A DNA stretch of 64,000 bases from Vitrella brassicaformis CCMP3155 (taxonomy: Eukaryota > Protista > Chromerida), in NCBI GenBank assembly GCA_001179505.1, contig CDMY01000395.1, forward strand, positions 332,119 through 396,118, in the 5' to 3' direction. The notes under the pieces are model-generated. The model did not search any database, was not told the DNA's origin, and saw only the letters and a program-made list of their open reading frames with translations. The position numbers and the translations under genes were made by a program. Every line of letters begins with the position of its first letter. Position 1 is the first letter of the stretch. Below, piece by piece: positions 12,385-25,880 of the stretch.

Positions 12385-12969
12385 TGGTGGGTGAGGAACT
12401 TGTTCGTTGCGGTGCCCTCAAGGGTTGGCATGGTGTGTGCAGAGAGAGAGGAGAAACATGGAGGGGTGATGCAGCTTCTCGCGTCGCACTGTCATTGGTC
12501 TGCGTGAGAGGCCGTGTGGCGGGCGCCAGATCGCCGCTCCCTCTCAACCGGACGATGCTGCACAAGAGACCCACGCCAGCACTGATGGCTGCAATGTGTG
12601 TGCATGACGCAAATTGGCTTGCGCCATTGCTGGGTGGGTGCATCACGCTGTGGCTCGCCTCGTGTGTCGTGTGGCCCAGAAACATTGAAAGGACGGTGTG
12701 ATGAATGGGTGTGACATACAGGCAGAGACATGCGACCTCCCAAGTTGTCTTGTTTCCAATTCCATGGCGCAAGCAAGACTTCTCGAAGTTTCGTCCACCA
12801 TGCGCACTCATTCGCACACACTACAGGCACCTCGTACAGCCCTTCTTTCAACACACGTGTAGCCTGCCAGCGCGCGCTTGCACACGATCCATCCAACACA
12901 TATAAGACACATAACTATATACGCGCCTCGTCACGCCATCATGATGTGTCTCGCTCTCACCTTCATGGT

Positions 12970-14972
12970 CTAATGCGCCTGACCATCGAGCACGATGGCC
13001 GCGATAGGACCGAGGACGCGACGGGCTTTGGCGGCCGTCAGGGGGAACCACTGGGCGAAGGGGGCATCCTGAGGGACACCCGCTGCTGGCGCCTCGCTGG
13101 TGCGAATGATGACGTGCACTGCACGCAGACAACAGCAGAAGAGCGGATCAGACAAGACGACGGCATGATGATGTGCTGTGAATGTGTATGAGTACCGTCC
13201 TGGTTGTTGCCTGGGTAAATGCCAAAGAGAATCCATGCGATGAACGGGTCGTTGGATGAAGTCAGCACATGCTCCTGCCCACACCACCCACTGGCCGCCT
13301 CGGCTGCCGTCACGTCTGAGCATCCGGCGAGGGGCGTGTGCGGCGATTGGGTCATGATGCGATCGAGGTGGCCACCCCGCACACGCCTGACAGACACATC
13401 AATAGCGCACCACATAGCGATTTGCCCTCTCATTGCATGCCGTCCATCCACTCACCGGTCAACCACCACTACTGGCGAGTGGGAGAAGCCGCCCACAGCC
13501 AACATCCGATGAGCCAGCATCAGGCCCTTCAGCAGGGAACTCGCCGATGCGTCAACGGGCCCGACGCCACCTGTCGCCCAGCCCACAACAGGCTGCCACG
13601 TAATGTGGTGGCGGACTGGCGGATCGTGCGGCTTGGCGTGGTGCGTGTAGGGGTTGCTGGGAGAAGGGATGGACGGGGCGGTTGGGGAGGGGGAGGGGCG
13701 GGTTGATGGTGATGGTGAAGCTGGGCTTGTTGCGGATGGCGCGAATCTCGTTGTTGTTGTGGCGGAACAGCTCGAGTGTGCCGTCTTGCTGGCCGGTGGG
13801 GCGGAGGAAGACGACACGGCGGCCGACGATCATCCACTGCGCACAGAAACGGGGCAACGCCAAGAAATCCTGCACCCAACACACACACATCCAGCAGCTC
13901 ACCGATTGCCTCTTCTGTGTGTCGTGCTTACCGCCTTGGTGGCGTGTGTCTGCAGGTCCGTAGCACCCACAGTGACCGGCAGCTGGCAATAGCCGCACTG
14001 CTCGGCGACTCTGAGTGTGTCGCCCACCTCCCGCCAGCCGCCCTCGCCCCCCTCCTCTACCACCCACATGGCCTTCATCACATCGCCGTGGCTCAGCTGA
14101 TCGTCGAACTGCACCACACCGCCCACCCCCGCCCGCTCGATGGCCGCCTTCGGCAGTCGAAGGCGGCGGACGATCGGCCGGAGGGCATTTCTGATGGGTC
14201 GGGCTGTCGATTTGAGGTGGGCGACGGCGGTGAGGTCAGACAGTGCGATGACGATGCTCATGGGGTCGGGAGGGATGTCAGAGAGGTGCAGCCGTCGCGC
14301 CTGATGACACACACAAAAAAGGACATACACACATAGCACATGAGAGGTGCACACCACATCAGTGTGGGCCTTGTGTTTGTGCCTGCCTGTGGTCACTCCC
14401 CCACTCACCTGTGTGCGGCGATGTCTTGTGAGTGCGATGGTCGAGTTGATGGTCTCTGCCAACTCGGCCAGCAGGTCGGACACAGCAGCAAACTGGCGAC
14501 TCACCTTGGCCACCATCTGACGAATGAATCAACACGACGAGAGCAACGCCAAGCAAAGGAGACTCCACAGACACACAGAGGGCTCTGTGGTGTGTGGTGT
14601 GTTTGGCAGCCTGCCCCACCAGTGGTGCCATCGAAGCTGCGGTGTCCATCTGGAGAAGTTGGTCGATGCAGCTGTTGACCTGCACACCACACACACACAC
14701 ACACACACACACAAGCAAGCAGCCGATGAGCTTTGGGTGCACTGCATGGAATGGACGAGTCGGTATGTGTGTTGGTCAGCTGATACCTGAGCCTGCTTCA
14801 GCCGATAGCCTTGTACCTGCGGCAGCAGCTGCGCCCGTATCACTGCGCTCATCTGCACCAAACCGAATGACAAACCACACACAGACAGCACAAGTGATTC
14901 ACGTCATGATGTAGGGATTTGCCTGGCCTCAGCTCCCTCTTCTCTCACCTGGGCGGCGGCACTGGCAGCCAT
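12970..14972 (-). pseudogene. F-box-like lineage-specific gene, copy 1, with +1 frameshift (or assembly error) near 13650
   Basis: Multi-exon model MAASAAAQ|MSAVIR...|...LHLSDIPPDPMSIVIALSDLTAVAHLKSTARPIR (F-box-like)...DGQAH-stop. Aligns with 42294-44297 with synonymous third-position changes. There is one extra base in the G-run at 13650-13653. Confidence 0.7.
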
Positions 14973-15151
14973 CGTGCAGCCAAGCTATGGATCGGAGTGC
15001 TGTTTTGTGGCTTCAACGGGCTCTGCACCCCTCTGTCGTCGCCATGCTACATTCTCTTAGCTCCTTTACTCGCGCGATAAACATTGCGAGTCTCGGAGCT
15101 TAAGCTCGCAGGCTTCCCTTCTCGGGACTCCCCTTCATTAATCCGGACGAG

Positions 15152-16804
15152 ATGCTGCTGCAGCTGGCGTGGTTGCTCCTCAACTCGTTGATATCCCTGG
15201 TCCACGCCCGTCGTCGTGACCCGGCATTCATCGCACGACCAAGATCCCGTCAACTTCCCTTCAGCAGAACCGCTCATCGACATGCGCTTCATCAAACGAG
15301 GAGAAGACAGCTTCCGAGCGGCGTACTGATGGCAACACTGACGCAGCAGCCGGCAGTGAAGAACGTCTATGAGATGACGATGGACGGCTGGAATCTCTGG
15401 ATGAAGGAGAGGGGCCATCCTGCATATCGAGCCAAGCAGATCTGGCAGCATCTCTACGAGAGGAGGGCTGGCTCCTTCGACGCAATGACCAACCTACCCA
15501 AGACGATGAGGGACGACCTCAAGGCCTCTCTCACCTTTGGAGATCTCATGGTGGCTGACGAGCGTGTCAGCCGTGACGGTACGCTGAAGCGGGCGTACGT
15601 TCTGCGGGATGGGCAAGTCATCGAGTCGGTGCTGATGCCCTACAAGGATGGCCGGAGGACGGCTTGCATATCCAGCCAGGCTGGATGCGCCATGGGCTGC
15701 GTCTTTTGCGCCACAGGTAGGTCGGGTACTAAAGCATTGGTTGCTGCACGGACCCACACAGTGTCTGTCTGTCTGTCTGTCTGTCTGTATGTATGTATGT
15801 ATGTATGTATGTCTCCATGTCTGTTGCAGGTCAGATGGGCTTTGCCCGCCAACTGTCGAGCGCTGAGATCGTTGAGCAGGCCCTCATCTTCGCGAGGGAG
15901 CTTCACCAGCGAGGCGAGCGGCTGTCCAATGTGGTGCTGATGGGGATGGGCGAGCCGCTGGCAAACTATGACAACGCCATGGAAGCCGTCGAGAGGATCA
16001 ACCAGTAAGCATGGCAGCACGACAGGGTGTCGAAAAATACGGCTGGCCGTGTGTGCGGGTGTGTGTGTGCGTGTGTGGTGTTTGTGCAGTGATCTGGGGG
16101 TCGGCATGCGTCACATCACAGTCAGCACGGTCGGCCTCCCCGAGCGCATCAAACAAATCGCCGACGAAGGCAGACAGGTCGGTCGGCGCACAGAGAGAGA
16201 CGAAGGCATCTCTGCCCACCCATTGTGTTGACCTCCCGATGCTGCGTCTAGGTGACGCTGGCTGTGAGTCTGCATGCCGCGTCTGATCAGCAGCGATCTG
16301 CTCTCATCCCCATCAACAAGAAGCACCCAATACAGCAAGTCATGCAGGTCAGTGACCACGGGCAGGTCTACAGAACAGACAGAGGACACCTGTTGGTCTG
16401 GTGTGGTGGCATTCGACTATGTGTGCTGTCCACAGGCGTGTGTGTACTACTGTGGGAAGACCGGCCGGCGCATATCGTTCGAGTGGGCCTTAATAGCCGG
16501 CGAGACCGACACGCCTCAGCAGGCCGACCAGCTCGGCAGGCTGCTGAGCAGGGCCATGCGGCAAGGCCTCATCGGCCATGTCAACCTCATCCCAGTCAAC
16601 CCCACCGAGGGCTACGACGGCCGGCCATCTTCCCCCCTTGCCGTATCGTCCTTCATCGACACGCTCAAGAGGCACGGCGTCGGGGCGACAGCGAGGCTGA
16701 GACGGGGGATCGACATAGAGGGGGGCTGTGGCCAGCTGAAGGCGGAGACGATCAAGAGGCAGCAGAAGGAGAGTCAGAGAGGCACGGTGGAGGTGGCAGC
16801 TTGA
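15152..16804 (+). CDS. rlmN: Dual-specificity RNA methyltransferase RlmN (radical SAM), bipartite plastid leader
   Basis: [38 protein letters not shown] (CxxxCxxC), [48 protein letters not shown]; 5 exons. Confidence 0.96.
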
Positions 16805-17222
16805 TGTATGTGTAGATCGTGCGTGGGGCATCCATCAGATGCGGCCTTGGTGTCGTGTCTGTGTGGGGGGTTATATCATGTCGTGAGTAAATTGGATGTG
16901 GGTGGGATTGGTGTTGATCTGATCATCTTGAAGCGCTTCTCTCCTCACCACTCACTTCTTGTGGCTTACTGTCGGTGGTCAACTGATTCCCCGGTGTGAA
17001 TGACCGTGTTTGCAGTGCGTGGGATATAGATAGTAGGCCGGGCGATGGTAATCCTTCCGTGAAGTGGTGGGACATGTGGACGGCCATTGATGAGAAAGCG
17101 TTGTCAGTGAAGGAACAAACAGGACACCGAGTAAGTGTGTCACATATACACGACTGGTCAACCACCTTACAGACACAACAGACACGCCCAGACAGATACC
17201 GAAACACACAGAACCGCCTCCA

Positions 17223-19459
17223 TCACGCTGGGTTCGACCATCGTGTCACACGGACACCAATCGCGCCTGCCTTGTGTCCCCTTCCCGCACGACTACCCCC
17301 ATTATCCCACAGCGACCTCTGCCTCTTCAGGAAACTCAGCTCCTCAAGTATCGTCCTCTCCGGCCCATCTTCATAGCCCTCGTGTGTGTGTCTCCGGACA
17401 CACTGACCCCCATTTCTTCGTCCATCGAGCTGCCCAAAAATATGTCTCCGAAGCTGCCTGTGCTGCCTTATCAGCCGCCTCACCCACTTCGGCTGCTCTT
17501 CCTCCTCAGTGGACACAGGCGACGAAGCTCGTGGGGGGCAGGGCGTCGTGTTGGGGCTCGGCGGGGGGTTCGCCATCGCGCCCCTCTTGCCGGGCGTCAG
17601 GGGCACATACGGCCCCGCCACAAAGGCAGCACTCCCACTGCCAGTTTCGCTCTCCTCTGGTTGGTGGTGTGTCGGGGCTGCTGGTTTGGGAGAGCTGCAA
17701 GGTGAGGGCTCGGTGACGGACGGCGCCTGAGATAGAGCGTCGTCTTCGCGCGACACGATTGTCTGCTTCGATGCCCGGAAGCGGGAGGTGGCCGCAGTGA
17801 GCAGATGGACTCGCCTGAATATCCTTGAGATGGGCGTGACTAGAGGGGTGAGAGAGGGAGCCTGTGGGCTGGCAGGAGAGCCGCTTGCCGCTTGGGGCGT
17901 GGCGCCATCGCCATCGTTGGAGTCCTCTTTTTTCTCCACAGCAAATGTCACACGAGAGTGCGGCTTAGCTGAGGTGCCATCGATGTCTCTTGGTAAGTTA
18001 TCCCCCACGCCGCGAGCCCGATCAGCGATCTCCTGTTTTCTCTTCTCCTCGGTGTCAAGCCGCTCTTCCAATGGTATGTGGGGCGCGCCGATGTCCCATC
18101 CCGACGGGCGGGCAAAGACACGCGCCGGCAGGAAGCAAGCGAACTGAGACGGCAGAGGGAAGTTGCTCTCGTCCCTCCGAGGCTGCAAGGCTTTCCGTAG
18201 ACCAGCGGGATGTATTTCTCCCCGTTCCAGCTTCTTGGTGACTCTCAAGAGCCATGTAGTGTTGACGGGCCGAGTGGCTGGTCTCAGGCGAGCGAGACGG
18301 TAACCAACATCGGCGATCGAGAATGGGGGAGAGGACGACTCGGCGTAAGACTCGTTGTCGATAGCCATTCGACCCTTTTGGTCTTCTTCCCTTCTCTCGT
18401 CGGCACCAGGTTCTTCAAGCGCTACTTGCAGGCCTTCAGGCGGCTCCAGAGTCGGCCTGTCCACAGTGCTGATTGGAGGTTGATGCTGCTCCTTGTCGTC
18501 AGGCAATCGTGGCGTCTCCATCTGCGTTACAAACACGCTGCCCAAAGTCTCGTCTATCTGCCCTTCGGCAGCAGGTACGCCGGCTTCCAAAGCAGGCAAT
18601 GGTCTTTCCTTTTCTCCGGCTTCTTGTGGATGTTCCCCTCCCTCGGTCCCTGCCGCTGCCACCGCTGCTGGTGATGGTGATGATGGTGGCGGCGGCGGTG
18701 CTGTGTCTTTCACGATTGCCGTCTCGTCTTCTTGCTGGAACTCCTGGGCTTGCACCACTACTCGCCGCTCCCTCCGTTTCTCAAAGTAACGGGTACCCCT
18801 GACCGGCAAGCGCACGTTGAAGGCAGGAAGCGGCTGTTCTTGGGAGAGGCCGGGAGGAATTGGCTGTGACACCCTCGGTATCCTGGCTGGCGGCCGTGGT
18901 GGTCGCGGTGTGTCCTCTGGAATGGGCGAGGGGGACGATGATGATCCCTGGCGAGAGAGCACGTTGCAACGGTGGCTCACCACGCCAGTCGGAATGTCAT
19001 CAGCGAAACGTCTGCAACGAACCGACAAATGAATTGATCAGTAGGACTGCAAAGTACCTGTCCGTCGGACAGTACCTCGTGGTCTTTGGACTGGGTGCTG
19101 TCCCCGGCCGCCTTGCAGTAATCCTGCCCCCGCCCTGCAAATGAGCGCCAGTCAGAGCCTCGTCTCCCCTCGGAGTCCTCGACAAGCCTCGCCGAGTTTG
19201 CCCTCGAGTGGGCACACGTGAAGAGATCGGGGGCGACGAGGAGGGGATAGTGGAAGGCGTGTCGCGGCAACGGGGGCTTGTGAAGCCCTCCATGTGAGAC
19301 CGCCCGACGTGCAGCAGGCCACGAGAGGGAGTGTCTGAGACAGACAGGCGAGACGCAAATGAGACACGCCTGCCCGTGATGGCTTTCCCTTACCTCGCTC
19401 ACGCTGTGGCGTGGTTCTGCTTTTCAGTCTGCACAGCAGCCCTCCACCAACAGCCATGG
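17223..19459 (-). CDS. Hypothetical low-complexity (Pro/Ser/Glu-rich) protein
   Basis: An 1.8-kb ORF (17223-19028) free of microsatellites, plus probable small upstream exons from MAVGGGLLC (about 19459). No domain recognised; 5' exon phases are uncertain. Confidence 0.55.
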
Positions 19460-19759
19460 CAAGCCGCGAACCGGCCTGAGGCCGCGCGTCGTGGCTGAGC
19501 GTCGGATCACGCTTCCGCACAAGCCGCCGTCTTCGTGTGGGTGGACTCGGCCCTGGGCGAGTGAGCTTTGTCAGCGGAAGGCTGGGAATCACCCCTTCGA
19601 ATGTGGCCCTTTTCATTTGCACTGTTTGCAATGCTGTTCTCGCGCCTTGTCTGCGAGCTTTAACTTCGCAAGGGACGAAGCTTGCGAACGCTGTAGTTTG
19701 AAGGCTGTCATCTTTCGCTCTGTGTCGCTGACCTGAGCGCAGCGCGCTGATGTGAGCAG

Positions 19760-22635
19760 ATGGAGGACATCTTGGACTCAATCGGTGAGCCAAAGGCAGA
19801 CGCACCGCAGGCAGGGATTGGACTGCTCACGGCGTTGTGCCTGTGCTTGTGTGTCACAATTATAGGCTCATACGGGGTCTTTCAGAAGAGAATATCGTGG
19901 TTCATCGACTTCCCCTCCTGGCTGCTGGTCGGTGCCCAGACCATCTCTTTGGTCTTCCTGACGGAAGAGCCAAACAGGTTCTGCAACAACCCCACAGACG
20001 CTCCCGGAGGCTGCAAGCACGGCGAGCTGTTGAAGACGACTGATTGCTCTCACGAGTTCAAGTCGGACACTACTTACACGGATTATTGGCGAAAGGAGAA
20101 GAAGCCAAGCCCTTCTGGAATGAGTGATTGTCGTGTGTGTGTGTGTGTGTGTGTTCGGCAGGTATGACCCCGGCCGTTCGTCCATCGTGTCTGAGTGGGG
20201 TCTGGGCTACTGCAGCAAGGGTCTCTTCGACGCGCAGTTCGCTTCCTCGTGTTTCTTCTTCGGATTCCTTGTGGGCGTGTTCGGCATCGGCTACCTCGCC
20301 GACCACCTGGGCAGAAAAACCGCCTACGTCATCTCGCTCATCTTCATCCAGGTGTGTGGCGTCGGCAGCGCTTTCGCCCCTTCGTTCGTGGCGTTTGTGT
20401 GGCTGAGGTCCGGCACTGGTGTGGGGGTGGGGGGGCTCGGCCTGGCCATCTGGATCCTCAACACCGAGGTGGTTCGCTCTGACAAGCGGCCTTTGATCAC
20501 CATCTTGGCGCACTCCCACTTCGCTATTGGTGGCTGCGTGGTGGCCGTCATGAGCTACCTCATTACGTCTTGGCGGTGGCTGACTCTCGCCATCGCTCTG
20601 CCCGGCTTCGCTCTTGTCTTCTGGCTGCTCGCGCCGGTCTTCGTCGAGTCACCGAGGTGGGCAGTGGCCAAGAAGGAGTACAAGAGGGCCTATGACGCCC
20701 TCCGCACGATAGCCGATATCAACGGCACCACAGTGCCTCCACATATCTCCCCCGCCTCCCTGCCCTCGCTGGTCAACGGCGAGAGCAACAGCGGCAACGA
20801 CAACGGCACGCCCACCACCAGCAGTACTAGGCGAACGTCGTCCGTCGACTCGTCCACAACGCCCCCAGACTCCTTCTGGGACCTGCTGACGATGCCGCCC
20901 GTGGCCGACCGGCTCTATGTCATGGTGCTCTTGTGGTTCAGCACCTCACTCGCATACTACGGGCTCTCTCTCAACGCGGGAAATCTGGGCCCCACGAGTC
21001 AGGTGACAACTTTTATCAACGGTGCGCTGGAGGTACCGGCGATAGCATTTGGCGTGTGGGCGACCGACTGGCGGAGGTGTGGGGGGAGGAAAGGGGTGGT
21101 CAACGGGACGCTCATCATCGGGGGGCTGCTGTGCCTGCTGTGTGTGGTGCTGGAGAGTGGGGGCTGGGCCATGGTTATCGTCGCTGTGGCGGGAAGGTGC
21201 GCTGACGGACACACAGACAGACGTGTGGGGCCTGTGATGCTATGCAGGCCAATATGTGTGGCATTGGTTGGTGTTTACTACTATTCAGGTTTTTCGTTGC
21301 CATGACGTTTGTGGATCTTTATCTGTATGGCTCTGAGCTGTTCCCCTCGTCGCGTAAGCAACTCATTTCCATCCACTGTGCGTGCATGGATGGTGCTCTC
21401 TGCTCTCTGCTTCGCCCTTGTTGCTGGCAGTGAGGAGCTCAGCAGTCGGGATGATGAGCATGGCCGCGCGAGTCGGAGGTCAGCACATGCATCATTTAAG
21501 CACACACACACACACACACACGCACATTCTCTGTGCTGTGTGTGCTGATCCCTCAGGCATTGCGGCCCCCCAGGTCGTCTCTCTCGGCGTGGCGTCTCCG
21601 GCCATGCCGAATTTTATCTTTGGCATGTCGTCAACGGTTGCTGGTCTGGCTGGTGCTGTTGGGCTGCCCGACACGCTGGGAAAACCCTTCTATGACACTC
21701 TCAAGGACATGCACAAGGACATGACACGCGACAACACAGACGGCCTCACACAGGTAGGGTGGGTCGTGGGTCTCACGGGGGGCGCCCCATCCGCCGGAAG
21801 ATGTGTCTGTGCTGGTGGTAATATCTATCGGCTGTTTTTCTCGGCCGTGGTGTTTGTGTGATTGGTCGCGCAGGGCATCTTTCAGTCGTGTCTTTCGCGC
21901 ATCTGCTGCTGTGCGTCTCTGCGGCCCTACCGCCACCTCACCCCCGAGGCAGAAGACAGTGTGGTGGAGATGACGATAGTCCAGGACGATGACAATAGTG
22001 GCACGGCAGTCGACGCCCTGCACGCCGATGACACCGACTTGACCTCCCGCCCGTCGTTCCCCTTCTATCGCCACCTCTCGCCCCAGCTGCCGCCCGACAG
22101 CAACCGCACTATGCGAGTCATCGGCCGCTGTAGTGAGGTCGACAACGTGTCCCCACCAGCGGCCGGTGGGCGAGGGGAGGCCGCCATTATCGGGGCTGAC
22201 GGCATGATGGACAGGCAAGACAGGACGATGAACGGGCATCATGACGATGACAGCGACCCCGACGACCGTGACGGCGAAGATGTCATGCGGCAATATGAGC
22301 GTCGGAAGGTCGAGGCGGCCCGGCGCATACACATGATCGGGGATTCGAGTGCGGCATTGGGCGGCGGCAGCGGACACAAACCGAGGCCCCACCACTCCCA
22401 CTCGCACCATGATCACCATCACCATCGCAGGCCGATCACCGGCGATGAAAGCTGCGGCAGCGACAGCACCCGCCCGACACGCAACCCGATTAAACGCACT
22501 GAGGACGACAGCAGCCGCGGCGCCGAAGTGGACCCCGGTGTGGATGGTGACGAAGAGGATAACACTGAGGACGAAGGCACCGATGACGACGAACCCACCG
22601 ACAGGCAGATGGGGCAGAGGAGACAGCATAAGTAA
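19760..22635 (+). CDS. MFS transporter, SLC22/organic-cation (sugar porter-like) type with long acidic/His-rich C-tail
   Basis: SSIVSEWGL, GYLADHLGRK, FVESPRW, WFSTSLAYYGLSLN, ELFPS.LRSSAVG..S..ARVGGIAAPQV, LPDTLGKP; multiple TM segments. Confidence 0.93.
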
Positions 22636-23571
22636 GGTGCTCTGGAGGGATTTTTCTCGTGTGTGTCGCGGGTCGGATGTTTGTTCATGGGTCAGATAGT
22701 GGCTGAGTGTCGTGTCAGTCATCTGTTTTTTGCGGCTTTGTGTGCATGTGCGTGTGCGAGAGAGAATGTGAGCCAACTGCAGCATTTCAGTGTATGTGTG
22801 TGTGTGGACATTCATTCGTTCCCGTCCGCCATCAATTCGGTGTGTTGATATATATGTATCGGTCTGTCCAGCTCCCTCCCTCCCTAGATGGGATGGAGGC
22901 ATCCACCAGCCCAGCATGTTTGTTGCATGAATGCAATGCGCAACGATCGCCAGGGTCTTCAACCGAACCACCACAAGCACAGGTGTCCCTGCAGTTGTGG
23001 CGGTTCCTTCCTGCCCCCGACCATGACGGACGTCACACCTTCATCCGCACAACACACCGGCTGGCTATGAAGCCGTGCCTCACTTGCATCGCATCGATCA
23101 ACGGCACGCACACGTTCACCTTAAGCTATCCTCCATCTGATCAGTGCACCTCTCAGCTCCCGTCAGGTGCGCTATCTCAGGCCTTCACCCCAGGGACACC
23201 ACACACAGACCTGATGATGCGTATGGCGAGCCACAGGCGAAGGCAAAAGCAGCACACACCGACAGAGAGGAGGCAAGCAGCAGCCATCTGTCGCGACGCC
23301 GACTCAAACCAAAAATCCACCCCAACACCACACCCCCGCCAGCAGCCATTCATCCACTTATCACACGCATAAACAGCCAGCCAGCCAGTCACCATGTGTC
23401 TAAACCACCCCCCTCCCTCCCACCACCGCCCTCCCCCTCCCCCCCTCGCTTAAAACGCCTCTGGTTATGTCAGCCGGGGGCTTGACCTCTCGCCTGCCAT
23501 GCCAACCCATAAAAATCATGCAGCCACTCACCCGTCAACTGTGTGTGTGTGGAGTTGAAGTAGGGTACACT

Positions 23572-24418
23572 CTACGCTGTCGCCGACTTCTGCTGGGGGT
23601 AGCACACGGGATGGTACTCACTGTTGGGCACTGACGACAGAAAGAGAGAGAACGCATCACACGCATCGGATCACGTCACATCACATCAGATCAGAGAAAG
23701 ACCACATGTGGCTTTCTGTCTGTCTGTCTGTCTGTCTTTGCGGGTGGGGTCAGTGGGTGGATGGGTTGCTCACTTTTGGTCCTGTGGGAGAATTTGCCGT
23801 CCATGCAGTTCATCAGAGGCACACTGAGGGTCTGGCCTACCAGCTTGTGGGTTTGGTCCTCCGACATCTCGTCATAGCTGACAAAACAGCCACCACCCAC
23901 ACAGACGATTAACACCCCCACACAGTGAGGGAGTGACACTGAGTGAGGTGTGCGTGCGTCTTGTCTTGTCTGTCCTGACGGCGGGCGGCTTACATGCACA
24001 TGGCGCATGTGACGTCCCTCTCGTTGCTGTCCTTGCACTCGACCTTGAAGGACAGATCGGTGGTCCCACCACTCGCAGCAGCCGCCTGGCCCACCATATT
24101 CTCCAGCATCTGCACACACACCACACACACACACACCACACACACACACGACCACCCACACGCGCACACAGATCTGCCGCACCGGAGCCAAAAGAGACAC
24201 GACGGCCCATGTGGACAGCCATATGTCACCTGCTGCATGCCCTCCTCGTACATCTTCTTGTCAGCGGCCGGGATGAAGAATGAGGGTGTCGGCGTGTCCG
24301 GCGCGTCCTTGCCGCTGCTCTTGATCTGGCACTTGGCCACCGACGTCCGCCGGAGCGTCAGGGCTGATGACGTGCACGCGAGCACAAAGCACACGGCGAG
24401 GGCAACGAGGCACTTCAT
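23572..24418 (-). CDS. Small secreted protein (about 160 aa, 6 Cys in mature part), 4 exons
   Basis: Signal peptide MKCLVALAVCFVLACTSSA. Phase-consistent exons ...MQQ|MLEN...CAMC|IYDE...RTK|MPNSEYHPVCYPQQKSATA-stop. Confidence 0.8.
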
Positions 24419-24551
24419 TCTGGCAGACGGGGATGAGCTGAAGGCGAAGATCACGAGAATCCCGAGACGCTTTTGAGATCGCAAGCAGCAGCAGCGGTTT
24501 CAGGAAGCACCCTAGCAGCAGCGGCGGGAGCACCCGAGAGTCAGTTCCAGG

Positions 24552-25671
24552 ATGGCTCCTGGAGGCGCCCTGCCCAAGAGATACGTCATTCCACAGGAGC
24601 CCGATGTTTGTGCCATCTGCTGTGATCTCCTCACGAGCCACGGAGGGACAAAGTGTGACATCGCCCGCTTCAAGTGCAACCACTACTTCTGCTGGCAGGT
24701 AGCTAGGCAGCCTGAGGAGGCAGGCAGAAAATGACAGGGAGCTTGCTGAGCGACATGTACGGTTGTATGTGTTTGCAGTGTCTCAAGGGCGAAGCGCAGG
24801 CGTTCTTTCAGGAGAACGGCAGCCATTCTCGCGGCACCATGTACCAGGGCGGACGTATGATGCTGTTGCAGTGCCCCACATGCCGACAGGTAGTCGAGAA
24901 AGACGGCCGCCAGACGCACTCCAATCGAACGTGCACTGGACTGGTTGGCTGTTTGTCTGTCTGTCTGCCTGTATCTCCGTGTGCAGCCTGTCAAACTGGT
25001 CGAGCGGATCCAGAGGCCGTCAGCCTCCTTCACCCCACAGCCCGATCGATTCGGCGGGCCACTGCGGGATGTGACGGTCAAGGATGCCGACGGCGAGGCC
25101 ACATGGGTGGCGAGCTACTACGCGCCTCGGGCTCTCAAGGACGGCTGTGTGGACGTCCGCGACTCCATGACCGAATCGGAGGCCAGGATGGCCATCTTCA
25201 TGCTGCAGGCGTCGAGTCAGGTGACTCGCAAATCACTGCCTGAGGCCTGGAGCCGCCTGCGGGTGACCACCGGACGGGCCAGGCGGCATTCAAGGCATTC
25301 ATGTGGGACTGGGAGGCCGAGTGGACCCGGGCGACTGTGAGAATCAACAACGCCAACATGGACGCCCACCAGGAGCATCTCAACCGCCTCACCGGGCGGG
25401 GCAACGGGTGAGTGAAATGGTGACAGACAAGAGTGAACGGCCGAGAGAGAAGTGGATATGCCTGTTTCCCCGCTGTACCTGCACTGCAGGTCTGGCCCCT
25501 CGTTCACTGTTGGCAATTTCGTTTGGGTGGCTGGGCTGCCCGACCACGAACTGAATGGACTGGAGGGCACTGTGGTGGCCGTCCTCCCGCCCAACACACG
25601 CGACAACAGGACGGACGTAACCGGGTTAGACGGACAGCACACGTGAGAGGGATACAGGGAATCTGTACTCA

Positions 25672-25709
<38 letters not shown>

Positions 25710-25880
25710 TGTGTGTCTGTGTGGTGTGCGTGTAGTTATCAAGTAGCGCTGGACATTGGCCCCACGCTGGCCGCGCGGGGCGAGAATCTCCGCCTCATCA
25801 ACAAGATGACCGATGAAGAGCTCCTCAGCTTCGCCATCGCGAGCCTGGGAGGCCCCGGACTGCCCATGGCGCCTCGGTGA
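24552..25880 (+). CDS. RING-finger protein (C3HC4-like) with C-terminal small beta (SH3/KOW-like) segment; putative E3 ligase
   Basis: CAICC...KCNHYFCWQ|CLKG...QCPTCRQ across exons 1-2. Later exons FTVGNFVWVAGLPDHELNGLEGTVV and YQVALDIGPTLAARGENL; stop at 25880. Confidence 0.8.
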
